DNA of 63,890 bases, the filler included, from Phoronis australis (Eukaryota > Animalia > Phoronida): assembly GCA_002633005.1 (NCBI GenBank). It is 7 parts of 7 records of this genome, joined end to end, with 100 filler letters (N's around TTAATTAATTAA, not from the genome) between each part and the next. Parts side by side here need not be neighbours in the genome. Positions count along the whole stretch, not along the records: positions 10,217 to 17,277 come from NMRA01001367.1; positions 17,378 to 23,574 come from NMRA01000779.1; positions 23,675 to 55,070 come from NMRA01001280.1; 4 more parts are not named here. One strand, written 5' to 3'. Under the pieces are notes generated by a model. It had not been told where the DNA came from and made no database searches. It was given only the letters and a program-made list of their open reading frames with translations. The position numbers were made by a program, and so were the translations under genes. Positions 12,931 to 24,334 of the stretch are shown one piece after another; position 1 is the stretch's first letter; the number at the start of each line of letters is the position of its first letter.

Positions 12931-14556
12931 AAGTAAGTGAACTCATACAGTCGCAAAACACTAAATCGATGTCAATGTTTTTTTAAAGAAATTCCTAAAA
13001 TAACGGCGTCTAAGGTTCGACGTTGCGTTACACCGATTGTAATTTACGAGGTGAGCTATTTGTTTCTGCTTTTTGTCGACTGGTAGTAGTTTCGTTGTGT
13101 ATTACGACAGTTTTCATGTTGTTAATTCAAGATGCGTATTGCCTTAAGCATGCCATTCATTGCTTTGTACGTCCCGTACAGTGCTAATTTGACTAGGAAA
13201 TCGTTTTAATACACATTACTACATTGACGAAGAGGGTTTATTTAAGTTAGTCACTCCGGGTTTTGGCAAGACAACGGTGACAGCTTAACGTTAACGGCAA
13301 TTGCAACCGTTTGTCATTTGACCCCTCGCGTTAGTGGCAAAAAACGTGTTTCTCACAGAGGTTCTTCGTTTTCTTGATTTAATCTCCTGGAACCCCCGCT
13401 TAGATGCGTCACTGTAGTGTTTTTACCCTCACACAGTTACTGTCAGGGAGAATGAACCTTATCTATACCAGATAAGGAAGTTGAAGGTTGGCTAGACCTC
13501 GTTGAGTAACTGTAGGTAGACAGATTAGCCAATGGTTTGATGCAGCAGTGAACCGCAGACGACGGTGTGCACGTATGTCATAGTTATCAGAGTTTATGGC
13601 ATTCAATTGGTTTGTTATCTTCGTCGCAGGGGTATTGCGAATGCTTGTTGCTGGCCACAAGAAATTAGGTCATTCGCTCTTAATGTGCCTACAGAGAATT
13701 CCTTCCGAGGTCTGCCTACCCAATGCCACATTTTTATAGAAACGCTTCTTGATCCTCTTCTTGGCCGCACATTTTATCTAGTATCATGTAACGACGGTCT
13801 TCTCTCTAAAAGCTCTTACTCCTAGACAATTTCACCCGATGGAAAGTGTTTGGATCAACTGCTGGTGCCGACATCTACTGTCCGCTGCAGTTAACTTTTC
13901 CTGTGGATTCCACTTGTTTTTAACGAAAATATCATTATTCAAATCCACTGACGTCTTCAAAAATACCTCATGAACGCTTACAGGTCCAACATGATGAAAC
14001 TTGGAGGCATGCCAAGCCGTTTCCCAGCGAGCGGCTGACAGATATATACCTCCCATTCTCTTTGTTGTTGTAACAATAAGAACATACATACATATATAGT
14101 ACAAGAAAAAATATCCGCTTTCCCGTCACGACGGCTCATTTTGTTAACAGCAAAAATGACTGGTAATAACTGTTATGGCGGTAAAGTAATAGTGACATTA
14201 TGGCTTTTCCACCTCACTAATCTTCCTGTTTAGTAGGTTCATTTCGTTGTTGCATTAGTGTCCGAAATTTGTTATGCATTAGACGAGCACATGAAACACG
14301 TTTCGCAATTTATGCAGCAATTTATGCAGCAATTTATTGTCGTGGCTGCTGTAGCTTGTACAGCATTGGCACGACATATTTCCAGTCGCAGTTCGTTTGA
14401 GGTCAATTATATTCGTGAACCAAACACTTGCCAAATCCCACGGCACACTTGTGTGAATCAAAATAGTAGTTGTCAAAATCCCGTCTCGGGGAACACACGT
14501 CCTTTAAAGCGTGAAATTCGTTTTTCAGGCAGACGCATACAACTATCTTATCTAAG

Positions 14557-15509
14557 ATGGCGCAGACGACTTTGGATAAAATAGACGGCATTTGTAGTGC
14601 CTGGTTTAGGTTGAATTGTGACAAAAGAATCCTACAAAATATCATGTTTCGTTTCGAATCAGAACACCAACACGAGCCAGATAGTCGGCGACTCGCGGTT
14701 ATGAACATAGTTGGCTACATTTATCACGAACTCAACGTGAAGGGAATTCTGGGCTCCGCGTCACAGTGCTTCGAGCGAGTATTAAGTGAAGACCCAGACA
14801 ACCTCAACGCTCTTAAGAGTCTCGTTCACATTCACCGCACGGCGTCACCTGAAAAGGAGTTCAAGTATCAGAGGCATTTGGACCGCTTATGGCAGTGCGA
14901 TCGGGTTTTGCAAGAGCAACTCATTGCCAGATGCATGTTCGAGCATGCAGTGTATATGAGTGTGCGTGAGGAGTCATTTCTACGCGACAATCATCAGCAG
15001 ATTATCAAAACCTTCGAGAAATGCATCAGGATTGGGAAAGAAAGTAAAGTTACGAAATGCGAATTAGAGTTATGGAGGTATGAGTTGGGAATTCTTTACG
15101 TTCGTTTAGATTCTCTTTCAACTAAAGAACCAAAACTGACACAAGTTACCGAGAGACAATGGCTGGTAAAAAGCTTGGAGACGCTTTATGAAGTAGCAAC
15201 AAGTGGTTCTTGCGAAAGACGAAGAGCTGACTGTAGCCTTCACAATGCATTTTTGGATTGTAAAGGCAAGTCATGGAGCTATTTGGGTGTTGCACTAATG
15301 CGTCGACTCGAGACCCAAGGTTTTGCTATCAAAGACGTAGCTCAAAGCATTGGAGGCGAATTCTGCACACTCAATGGAATGCAATGTTTTGAGAAAGCTT
15401 TAAGTATTTCGCCAAACCAACCCTCTGTTCTGAGACGGGTTGGACAGGCTTATATGCGAACAGGTGAGATGGATAAAGCAAAAGAATATCTTTGGAAGTC
15501 CGTTAAAAT
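14557..15509 (+). CDS. Intronless TPR protein, TTC22/IFIT-like, 3'-truncated at a single-N join
   Basis: About 317 open codons with Kozak-type context (AAGATGG). AVMNIVGYIY..A..CFERVLSEDPDNLNALKSLVHIH and QLIARCMFEHAVY recall TTC22; canonical TPR at CFEKALSISPNQPSVLRRVGQAYMRTGEMDKAKEYL. Confidence 0.8.
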
Positions 15510-15510
15510 N

Positions 15511-17277
15511 CATCTTCTTGGTTAATTTCGCCCAGGTTCGCTCCTCGGAGCGCTTTCATTTTTTTTGTTTGTTCGCACGATACAGGGCGCAATTTTCGTC
15601 CGATCATCACGAAATTTACACATAACACGTACTTCCGGAAGTACTGGAAGCCTATTGTTTTTCGTCGAAATCGGATCCATGATGGCGGCTGTGGCGGCCA
15701 TTTTGTTTTCATTTAAAGGTTTAAATGCTTCTGGAGGCTACAATTTTTCACGTAAAAAGCTAAGAATCGGCACAGTAAATGTACCGGAAGTTTGCTACAG
15801 GTATACCGGAAATTGTTCACTTCCGATTAAAGATGGCGGAAATATCGGCGATCGCGCATGCGCACCTCGATTTTGGCCTAAAAACGTTTTCTCCTGTAGA
15901 GGGCGCATTATCAGGCCAATTCCTTTGAAATTTTACGGATATTAGTTTTTTGTGAAATGCTATTATATCAATCTAAAAAACCGGAAGTTGCGTTCAAGAT
16001 GGCGGATCTTGTGCATGTTGACCTATTTTCAGTCGTACGTAGATGCTATTTAAACGGGTGAAGGAAAAGACGTGAATTTTTGCATGTGGATTCTCTAAGG
16101 TATATTCTTTCAAATGAACTAACAATTTTTTTCTCAGACTTACCGTTTTCGAGTTATTTGAGTTTGAATTTCTTTAAAAAAGCGCAAAATTTCATTTTTT
16201 TTCGAAAAATTTACGGAATTAGGCGATACCATCACTTTAGATAGAACTTTGAACGGGCTTTCAGAAGATGCTTTCCATTTTTCTCTACGATGTCTACTTT
16301 TTGAGTTATTTGAGATTTACTGATAACGCTGTTCCTTTGTTGAACGCTCTTGCTGCATTCAGTTTGAAAGTGATTGGTTTGCAATTGCGCCCTCTACAGG
16401 AGAAAACGTTTTTAGCCATATTTCGGGGTGCGCATGCGCCATGTCCAATATTTCCGCCATCTTTAACCGGAGGTCAACGATTTTCTGCACAATTGTAGCA
16501 CATGCGCTATAGTATATTCGTACTGATTTTCAGTCATGTAGGTCGAAAAATGCGGCCTCTACGAGTATTTGACTGTGAAATCGGATACAAAATGGCCGCC
16601 ACGTCCGCCATTTTGTATCCGATCATGACCAAAAACAGTAGCTTTCCAGTGATTCCCGATCTACATGTTGTGTGCAAATTTCGTGAAAATCGGACCAGAA
16701 TTGCGACCTGTAGAGAGCGAACAAACAAAAAAAAAATGAAAGCGCTCCGAGGAGCGAACCTTGGCGAAATTAACCAAAAAGATGACTATAAAGATGATGA
16801 CGAAGATGACGAATATGACGACGATGGTGGCGAGGATGAACAAAAGAAGTTAATAACATACACATGACGAACGTAGGAGTCCGAAATCAGTAAGAAAAAG
16901 GCTAGTCTTGAGCGACACTTGGCGAAATTAAGGAAAAGACGGAGATGATGACGAAGATGATGACGATGATGACGAATATGATGATGTTGGTGGCGATGAT
17001 GAACAACATCACAACATTCATATGACGAATTTAGATGTCATAAATCATTAAGAAATAGGCTGCAGTCTAGTTCAATTGAAGCTAAACCAACCTGAATGCA
17101 GCAAGAGCGTTCAACAAAGGAACAGCGTTATCAGTAAATCTCAAATAACTCAAAAAGTAGACATCGTAGAGAAAAATGGAAAGCATCTTCTGAAAGCCCG
17201 TTCAAAGTTCTATCTAAAGTGATGGTATCGCCTAATTCCGTAAATTTTTCGAAAAAAATGAAATTTTGCGTTTTTTT
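15511..17277. repeat. Same repeat family as 10217-12930: forward unit followed by inverted units
   Basis: 15511-16360 forward; 16361-16790 is the reverse complement of the 11330-11740 type unit; 17093-17277 is an essentially exact inverted copy of 16183-16361. Confidence 0.9.
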
Positions 17278-17377
17278 NNNNNNNNNNNNNNNNNNNNNNN
17301 NNNNNNNNNNNNNNNNNNNNNTTAATTAATTAANNNNNNNNNNNNNNNNNNNNNNNNNNNNNNNNNNNNNNNNNNNN

Positions 17378-17715
17378 TGGACTAAAGCATTCACTGTGCT
17401 CATTGGACTAAAGCATTCACTGTGCTCATTGGACTAAAGCATTCACTGTGCTCATTGGACTAAAGCATTCACTGTGCTCATTGGACTAAAGCATTCACTG
17501 TGCTCATTGGACTAAAGCATTCACTGTGCTCATTGGACTAAAGCATTCACTGCGCTCATTGAACTAAACCATTTACTGTGCTCATTGGACTAAACCATTC
17601 ACTGTGCTCATTGGACTAAAGCATTCACTGCGCTCATTGGACTAAACCATTCACTGTGCTCATTGGACTAAAGCATTCACTGCGCTCATTGGACTAAACC
17701 ATTCACTGCGCTCAT
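17378..17715. repeat. 26-bp minisatellite (TGGACTAAAGCATTCACTGTGCTCAT) x13
   Basis: Contiguous units with 26-nt period and no spacers; begins at a gap. Confidence 0.95.
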
Positions 17716-18418
17716 TAGCTGGCATTTGGGTCACTATACGACGTCATTAGGTAAAAAACTAAGGGTAGAAGACGGCAGACGATTTGATTCCAAGTTGTTA
17801 GATGAAAAAAAGAGGTGAAATATAATGGTAAGACTGTTTGAGGTACTGTTAATGTGTCATGGGTTTGGTTAGTACTAACACACTGACAACAAATTTTCCT
17901 CCCATTCTTTTGGTTTATCCATTTCACTAAGCGAACCGCGACAGATTTTCATGGATATGTTCAAGATATGCTGACTAAATTGTTTCCAGAGTCACAGTAT
18001 GAGTTAATTATAAGTTAACATTATATATGCATGTTTCATTTATTTGCTGTATTTTTAAATGAGTAACTTTTTATGGGGATGCAGTGTTTCCCCTGGGTTT
18101 TGAAAGGAGCGTGGTGTTAAATGACCAAAACGGGGTGCAAAGCCCATTGCCGCACGCGAATATGAGAAATGGGATCTCCCTATTGTCTGGGTTTCGAAAG
18201 GAGCGTGGTGGTGAATGCTCGACACGGATGTGGAACCTGGCGCCACATGTGAGCATGGGATGAAGTGACATCCTCCCATTGGAAAATTAGATGCAATTGG
18301 TTGCAGTTTACTTATCATAGACAAGACCTTAACCCGAGCATCATGTAGTGGAAGTATCTGAGTAAAGGACACTTAGCAAGAGAAATTGGCAACGAAGTGT
18401 CCGGCATAGTGTGATCTC

Positions 18419-19586
18419 TGTAGCACTTTAGTACGAAAACAGTGTTAAAATTCAAATATCCACGAAGTGACCAACATAGATAAAAAAATATGTGAACTAA
18501 GACGTAATAAACTAATTCATGAAATGAAACTTCCGTTGATATCGTCTTGCTAAACATGAATCAGTGATAGTGGATTGGGGTTGGCCGGCGTAGCAGACGA
18601 TGTATAATCTAATCTGCAGACGAATCTGAGACTGGTAACATTCAATATTGTCATTTTGGTGCAGGGATATGGTTGATTACACAGTTAGATGTCACGCCCT
18701 GAAGTATAATTCACAATGTTATTTGTAAACTCGGACACGATAAAATGAACGAAGCAGAAATCTTACTGTTTCTCACTTCATTAGCAAGCCCTGGCACTTT
18801 CCCATTTTAGAAAATTCGTATCAAGGTCGTTGCCTGGACCCCGGCTATTAAGTTTATATGCATTGTCGAATAACCAGGCAGGAACGAGGTACGGAATGGG
18901 GTTGGGGATTGAAGGACTGTGTTGAACGCGGGGCACAATTCAAGATCCCATTGTAAAATTTATCCCTTTGGATCTACTAACGGCGAAAGGTGCCGTGTGA
19001 CTTGTACATATTCATAATTACTAGCCTAGAAATAATAAATAAGCACAAGTAAACGGCACCTTTCGCTGTTTGTGGATCGAACGTGAAAAATGGTAATTTT
19101 ACAACGGCTCTTGAATTGTGCCCCCATTAAACACAATCATTCAATCCCCTTTCTTACCTCATCTCTGCCTGGTTATCTGACAATGCACATAAACTTAATA
19201 CAGCCAGGCAACGACCTTGATACAAATTTTCTAAAGATGCGAAGCGCCAGGGCTCGCTAATGAAGTAAGAAACAGTAAGCTTTATACTGCAGCGCCTGAC
19301 ATTCAACTGTTTAATCAACCATAGCCCTGTACCAAAATGATGATAATGAATGGAAACCAGTCTCAGATTCGTCTGCATATGAACTGGATTATACATCATC
19401 TGCTATGCCAGCCAACGCCAATCCACTATAACTGATTTTTGTTTAGCAAGACGATATCAATGGAAGTTTCGTTATACGAATTACGTTATTACGTCTAAAA
19501 AGTTCAAATATTTTTGCTCTACATTCGTCACATCGTGGGTAATTGAATTATAACACTGTTTTTTTTTGTTCTCAAGTGCATCTACA
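18419..19586. mobile_element. ~1.15-kb foldback (long imperfect palindrome) element
   Basis: Left and right halves are reverse complements almost to the centre (~19020), e.g. GCAGACGAATCTGAGACTGG vs CCAGTCTCAGATTCGTCTGC and GCGAAAGGTGCCGT vs ACGGCACCTTTCGC. Confidence 0.9.
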
Positions 19587-20639
19587 ACCTCATCACAAAA
19601 GACTATTTTGTTGCTTCACGTTTTGTAATATGTAGCTGGTTTGACATGGCCTGAGTTTTAGCATGCCTATGTCATGCTCTGCTTAAGGTTACTTATTCTA
19701 TCACCTGAGTGATATTTACAAAGCTTTACTAGTTTACTTAATTGACCAATTAGAACGCAGCATTCTTTACTAGTTGAAATTAAGGATTTGTTGTATGAAA
19801 CAGCACCCAATTAATCTAGTTTTTCAAATTTTACCTGGGGAAGATCTCCCAACCAAACCCCTACGGCAAAGTCATCAACTACAGAATATAATTTCACAAA
19901 TCCTAACCGGGCTTGATAACGAGAAATGCACATCAGCGTCACGATTACACAATTATTCAGGGATTTGACGATTAAATCACTTTGAGACAAAATTTTAGGT
20001 TAAATTAATAGGTATCCTCGATGAAAATGGACTAAAAACAGACAGCGTCGTGCCCTGCAGGGATTAACAAAAAATTAAGGAGTTTGAAAATAACTTTCAA
20101 GCTTGAACTAATGAGCTAAAGGTAATTAAGATTTATTCATGGGATTAGATTGTAATATTTCTAAAAGACTCTAAAACAATTGAAGTTCAAAATATTGTGT
20201 AGGGACAACAGACAAAGTAAAGAACCTACAGCCATTTCTAAACTTAAAATAATTCTTAGTTTAAAGCATTTCACAGGTAATGTAAACATTGCTGGTCACA
20301 AGCAATTTCAAGGAAGCGACACCTATCATCAAAATCAAACGTTCCATTTCATGACGAATGATTTATGAACACTGACCGTGCATCGTGCGTTCTAAAGTTC
20401 ACCAAGTACCGGCACTGTACTCTGCAGATAACAAGCACGCACCAGACTTAAGTGCGGCACCAACGCACTTGCAAACAAGAGGCCAGACACGCCATAATCC
20501 AGGGCAGCAGGCGTATCCGATTACTCGTCACGCGCCGATCAGCAGCGCGCACGCGTACTAGCCTGACATGCAGTGATAGACTCATTTCCGCCTCTGTGTC
20601 TCGGTACATTCTCACACTCAAATTTCCTTTTGTACTCAC

Positions 20640-20679
20640 CTGTAATATGTTGAGGTTTGTTCTGTTTCCTTCTTGACAT
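20640..20679 (-). CDS. First coding exon MSRRKQNKPQHIT(G): NuRD-recruiting N-terminal motif of Sall/BCL11/FOG/ZNF423-type factors
   Basis: GCCGAAG-ATGTCAAGAAGGAAACAGAACAAACCTCAACATATTACAG|GTGAGT; strong phase-1 donor; CpG-rich surroundings 20440-20780. Confidence 0.85.
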
Positions 20680-21550
20680 CTTCGGCAGTGCGTGTGCGAA
20701 AAGTTGAGGGAAACTTTCCGTAAATTACCATTTAAAGTTCGCGATAAAGGGCACATCACACGAAACACATTTTCACCCAACCTCAAACTTTGAAAATAGG
20801 TCAAAATGGACTCCTTCGAAAAGTACCTGACGAACAAAAGTGGGTAGCCGAATTTGTCGTTGGTTTGTCCGAAACTTATATGATTTGATATGTTTAGACT
20901 TCTTAATAAAATAAAAACAACAATTTATACCTCTTTCTTTTGAATAACAGGAATTCTAGCGGATTAAGGCAGATGATGTGCTCTGGTACCCGGGGTATAT
21001 TNNNNNNNNNNNNNNNNNNNNNNNNNNNNNNNNNNNNNNNNNNNNNNNNNNNNNNNNNNNNNNNNNNNNNNNNNNNNNNNNNNNNNNNNNNNNNNNNNNN
21101 NNNNNNNNNNNNNNNNNNNNNNNNNNNNNNNNNNNNNNNNNNNNNNNNNNNNNNNNNNNNNNNNNNNNNNNNNNNNNNNNNNNNNNNNNNNNNNNNNNNN
21201 NNNNNNNNNNNNNNNNNNNNNNNNNNNNNNNNNNNNNNNNNNNNNNNNNNNNNNNNNNNNNNNNNNNNNNNNNNNNNNNNNNNNNNNNNNNNNNNNNNNN
21301 NNNNNNNNNNNNNNNNNNNNNNNNNNNNNNNNNNNNNNNNNNNNNNNNNNNNNNNNNNNNNNNNNNNNNNNNNNNNNNNNNNNNNNNNNNNNNNNNNNNN
21401 NNNNNNNNNNNNNNNNNNNNNNNNNNNNNNNNNNNNNNNNNNNNNNNNNNNNNNNNNNNNNNNNNNNNNNNNNNNNNNNNNNNNNNNNNNNNNNNNNNNN
21501 NNNNNNNNNNNNNNNNNNNNNNNNNNNNNNNNNNNNNNNNNNNNNNNNNA

Positions 21551-22163
21551 CGATGAAAAAACAGAAGCTGCTGGTAAGATGTGAATTTTAATCGAAGCCT
21601 TAGTGAATCACTCAGAAACTTTGTCAAACCTTAACTTAAGACGATTTCCAAAGCAATCCCGTCATTATTGCCAACACGAAAAACGGATTTAGTCTTTTGG
21701 GCATTTGAAGACTATTTTAAATACAACAAATTTGTTAAGAACCGATTGCACAAAATATAAAACGTGTAATAAGCATAACAAAAAGAAGTAGGTTTCGCGC
21801 GCAAACGCTGTGGACCATAAACAAGTAGGTCTCTTAGTATAACGTTGTCAGTGAAATCGTGGTGGTGTAGTGGCAAAGCACGCGCGTCCTGTCAGCCAGG
21901 TCTTGAGTTCGAGCCTGTGAAAGTCGCAAGTTTTCCTGTTTTTTTTTTTCTTTTTTTCTTGGATAATACATCAGAAATCAAGGAAAATGCTTGATTTTTA
22001 GAGGAAAAAACAGAAAAATTTCCTGGGCGGGAGGGGGGTTTGCCCCCCTCCCGACCTCTCCCCATTCGGTGCTATGCGCATCTACAATCGTGGTTTGCGC
22101 AAATGCTTACAGCCGGACAGATGTTGGCCCCCCCCCCCTTGTGATATCCTAGATCCGCCACTG
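21551..22163 (+). mobile_element. Non-autonomous element ending CTAGATCCGCCACTG; inverted second copy at ~53872-54510
   Basis: Collinear reverse-complement similarity over ~600 bp with 53872-54510, which begins CAGTGGCGGATCTAGG. Confidence 0.8.
21858..21920 (+). other. tRNA-derived Pol III A/B-box segment inside a repeat; not a functional tRNA
   Basis: A-box TGGTGTAGTGG (21863-21873) and B-box GAGTTCGAGCC (21905-21915); no clean cloverleaf; second copy on the minus strand ~54125-54190. Confidence 0.55.
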
Positions 22164-22321
22164 CATGCCACTGCCGGGCCAACTCATTACGCAGTGAGAC
22201 TCTGAGGACTACGAAACAATAAATCTCAGATTTGATTTTTGTCTTGAAAACTGAGGATTATCAAAAATTTAAAACCAGTGGTATTTAGAAATTTTCGATT
22301 TGACTAGTCACATACCCGGCC

Positions 22322-23275
22322 ATGAATAATACGCTTACAAAGGTGTCACGCATTTCTTAATATGCCATGTTCACCGCTCGTCCTGTTGAGCGGCTTTTAC
22401 CAAGGGCAAAGCGAGCGCGGAGCCCACTATTAGGATACAGTTGTGATCTGACCGCATTGTCCTGCAAGACCCAATGAAATGTAATTACCCTACCATAAAC
22501 TGTAATACATATTTCTGCCTGTAAATACTGGCAAATTTTCAAAATGCATTTACCAATGATTTTCATAAAAACAAACACCACGTCGGTATTCAGCTGGAAA
22601 AAACAACCAAGCATGGTTTTCGATTTTTAAAAATCGATGAATTAACTAAGCTAAAAGCTACTACAAACATTAGGACGGTACGATTAAAAGATCCAAATGA
22701 CCGTGCGTATTGATATACACGGTGGATTTGCAAGCACTGATGAGAGTTTACAATATCACATGGATTATTCTTTTAACATTTTTTCAATCCCGTTTAACCA
22801 GATTTTTACAAGGAAAAAAGCTAAAATTAATTATGTAGTCAGTGCAACCCAAATTGTACAGAGATTTCAAATTTTCAGTTTGCCTATCAACATATTTGCA
22901 CTTTTTTGAGTTCTAATAAAGATTAAACTTGAACTAATGACACGTGCACTTAAATTGTTTGCTATGAAGTGTTTATAGTGTAGTTGTAATCAGGAAAGTT
23001 CATGGATTGCCCGGGTTCACAATCAACTGGTGATCAAAATCCAAAACTGTCTTGGTACATGTACCTCAAGTTTAAAAATAAAATAAAAAGGTATCAACCC
23101 TTTCCTGGTAAGAAAAAACAAGTAGACAGGATTCTTAAAAAGGAAATAACGAAAATCCGTATGCAACATATTTAAAACCATTGTCTCTTTGGAGAGTGGC
23201 CCTTCAGTGTCAATATAAACACACATTAACTTTTTAGATGTTTTAAAATGTACAAAGTTAAAACTACTCTCCACA
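22322..23275 (+). repeat. Interspersed repeat family, copy 2
   Basis: Collinear with 7600-8040 and 47323-48262. Confidence 0.85.
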
Positions 23276-24316
23276 GTTGCAGGCTGTAACTCTGTGCAGT
23301 GCCAGAACCAATTTACTGAGGAGTAATAACAGCCATCGTTATTGAAACAGTATTGCTAGCTAATAATTATAAATCGACGTTTACGTGCAAAGTCATTGAG
23401 TAAGCGGCACAACTTCTATTTTCATAAATTATTTATAAACTGTGATGCAGTCATAATTAGTTGGCTAAAATTTAATTGTCAAGTTCATGCAGCAACCTAT
23501 CGAGCTGTGTTGCGGAACGTGAAGTCACGTGGGAGCGAAAGTCATGTCTTCAGCCAACTGTATGAAGCCGCCTCNNNNNNNNNNNNNNNNNNNNNNNNNN
23601 NNNNNNNNNNNNNNNNNNTTAATTAATTAANNNNNNNNNNNNNNNNNNNNNNNNNNNNNNNNNNNNNNNNNNNNTACTTTACGTAACACTGCATCCAACA
23701 GGTAAATCATTGTTTGGGCAAATAAAATCTAATACACTTCTTTGACTGTACTTGTGTAAAAATTCTGGATTTGTAAATGAGAGGTCAGAATTGGTATTAG
23801 ACACCAGAGCTGAGGACGCCTGTGTTTGCAAGAGGGCAGGGGATGCGACCAGTGTCCACTCTAGCTAGTAACTAACCACTGCCATCCTGACAATGTGGAT
23901 GGAAATGACTACTTAAGTTCGCGACTTACCAGACTTCAAAACCGAGTGAGTTTCTCCTTTTCCCTTTTCTGCTTATTTACTTTTACTCGATCAAGGTCAA
24001 GGTCATTATTAAGCAGAACTGTCTTGTATCCTTTGCGTTTATTATCGTAAATGCAACACAATAAATTTTAATCGAATTGTCATTGAAATTTTATTAGTTT
24101 TCATTGAAAATACAAGTAAATTTAATAAATGTGACTTTGAAAATAATATAAAAGGGATATCAAGTTATTTCAAGTTTACGAAATAAAAATTTTTGAATAA
24201 GAAGACACTTTTCTAGGAGGCGCTCGTGTATCACATCGCGTAGAAGAAGCAAAGACTGTCTCTGGTAGAAGTCTGTCAAAAGTAGTAGGGTGAGGGACGA
24301 AACAAACGCAGAAGTG

Positions 24317-24334
24317 ATGTCTGGAATAATGCAG
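24317..24334 (+). CDS. MRPL48: MRPL48 putative exon 1 (MSGIMQ)
   Basis: ATG TCT GGA ATA ATG CAG|GTAGTC, phase 0, compatible with exon 2; vertebrate MRPL48 also begins MSG. Confidence 0.55.

Noticed and set aside
13460-14104. Coding-like composition upstream of the TPR gene
   Set aside because: All frames are interrupted and I could not recognise any domain
14110-14215. kB-like motifs upstream of the TTC22/IFIT-like ORF
   Set aside because: Short degenerate matches expected by chance
15565-16867. ORFs of 120-126 aa in the repeat array, including an acidic D/E tail
   Set aside because: They lie in multi-copy non-coding repeats; the acidic tail is a GAT/GAC microsatellite; frames are not conserved between copies
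17378-17715. 26-bp repeats as a CRISPR array
   Set aside because: Units are contiguous with no unique spacers, there are no cas genes, and the context is eukaryotic
23674-24060. Possible solo LTR end or extra exon upstream of MRPL48
   Set aside because: The 5' part is lost in a gap; no TSD, primer-binding site or second copy supports it
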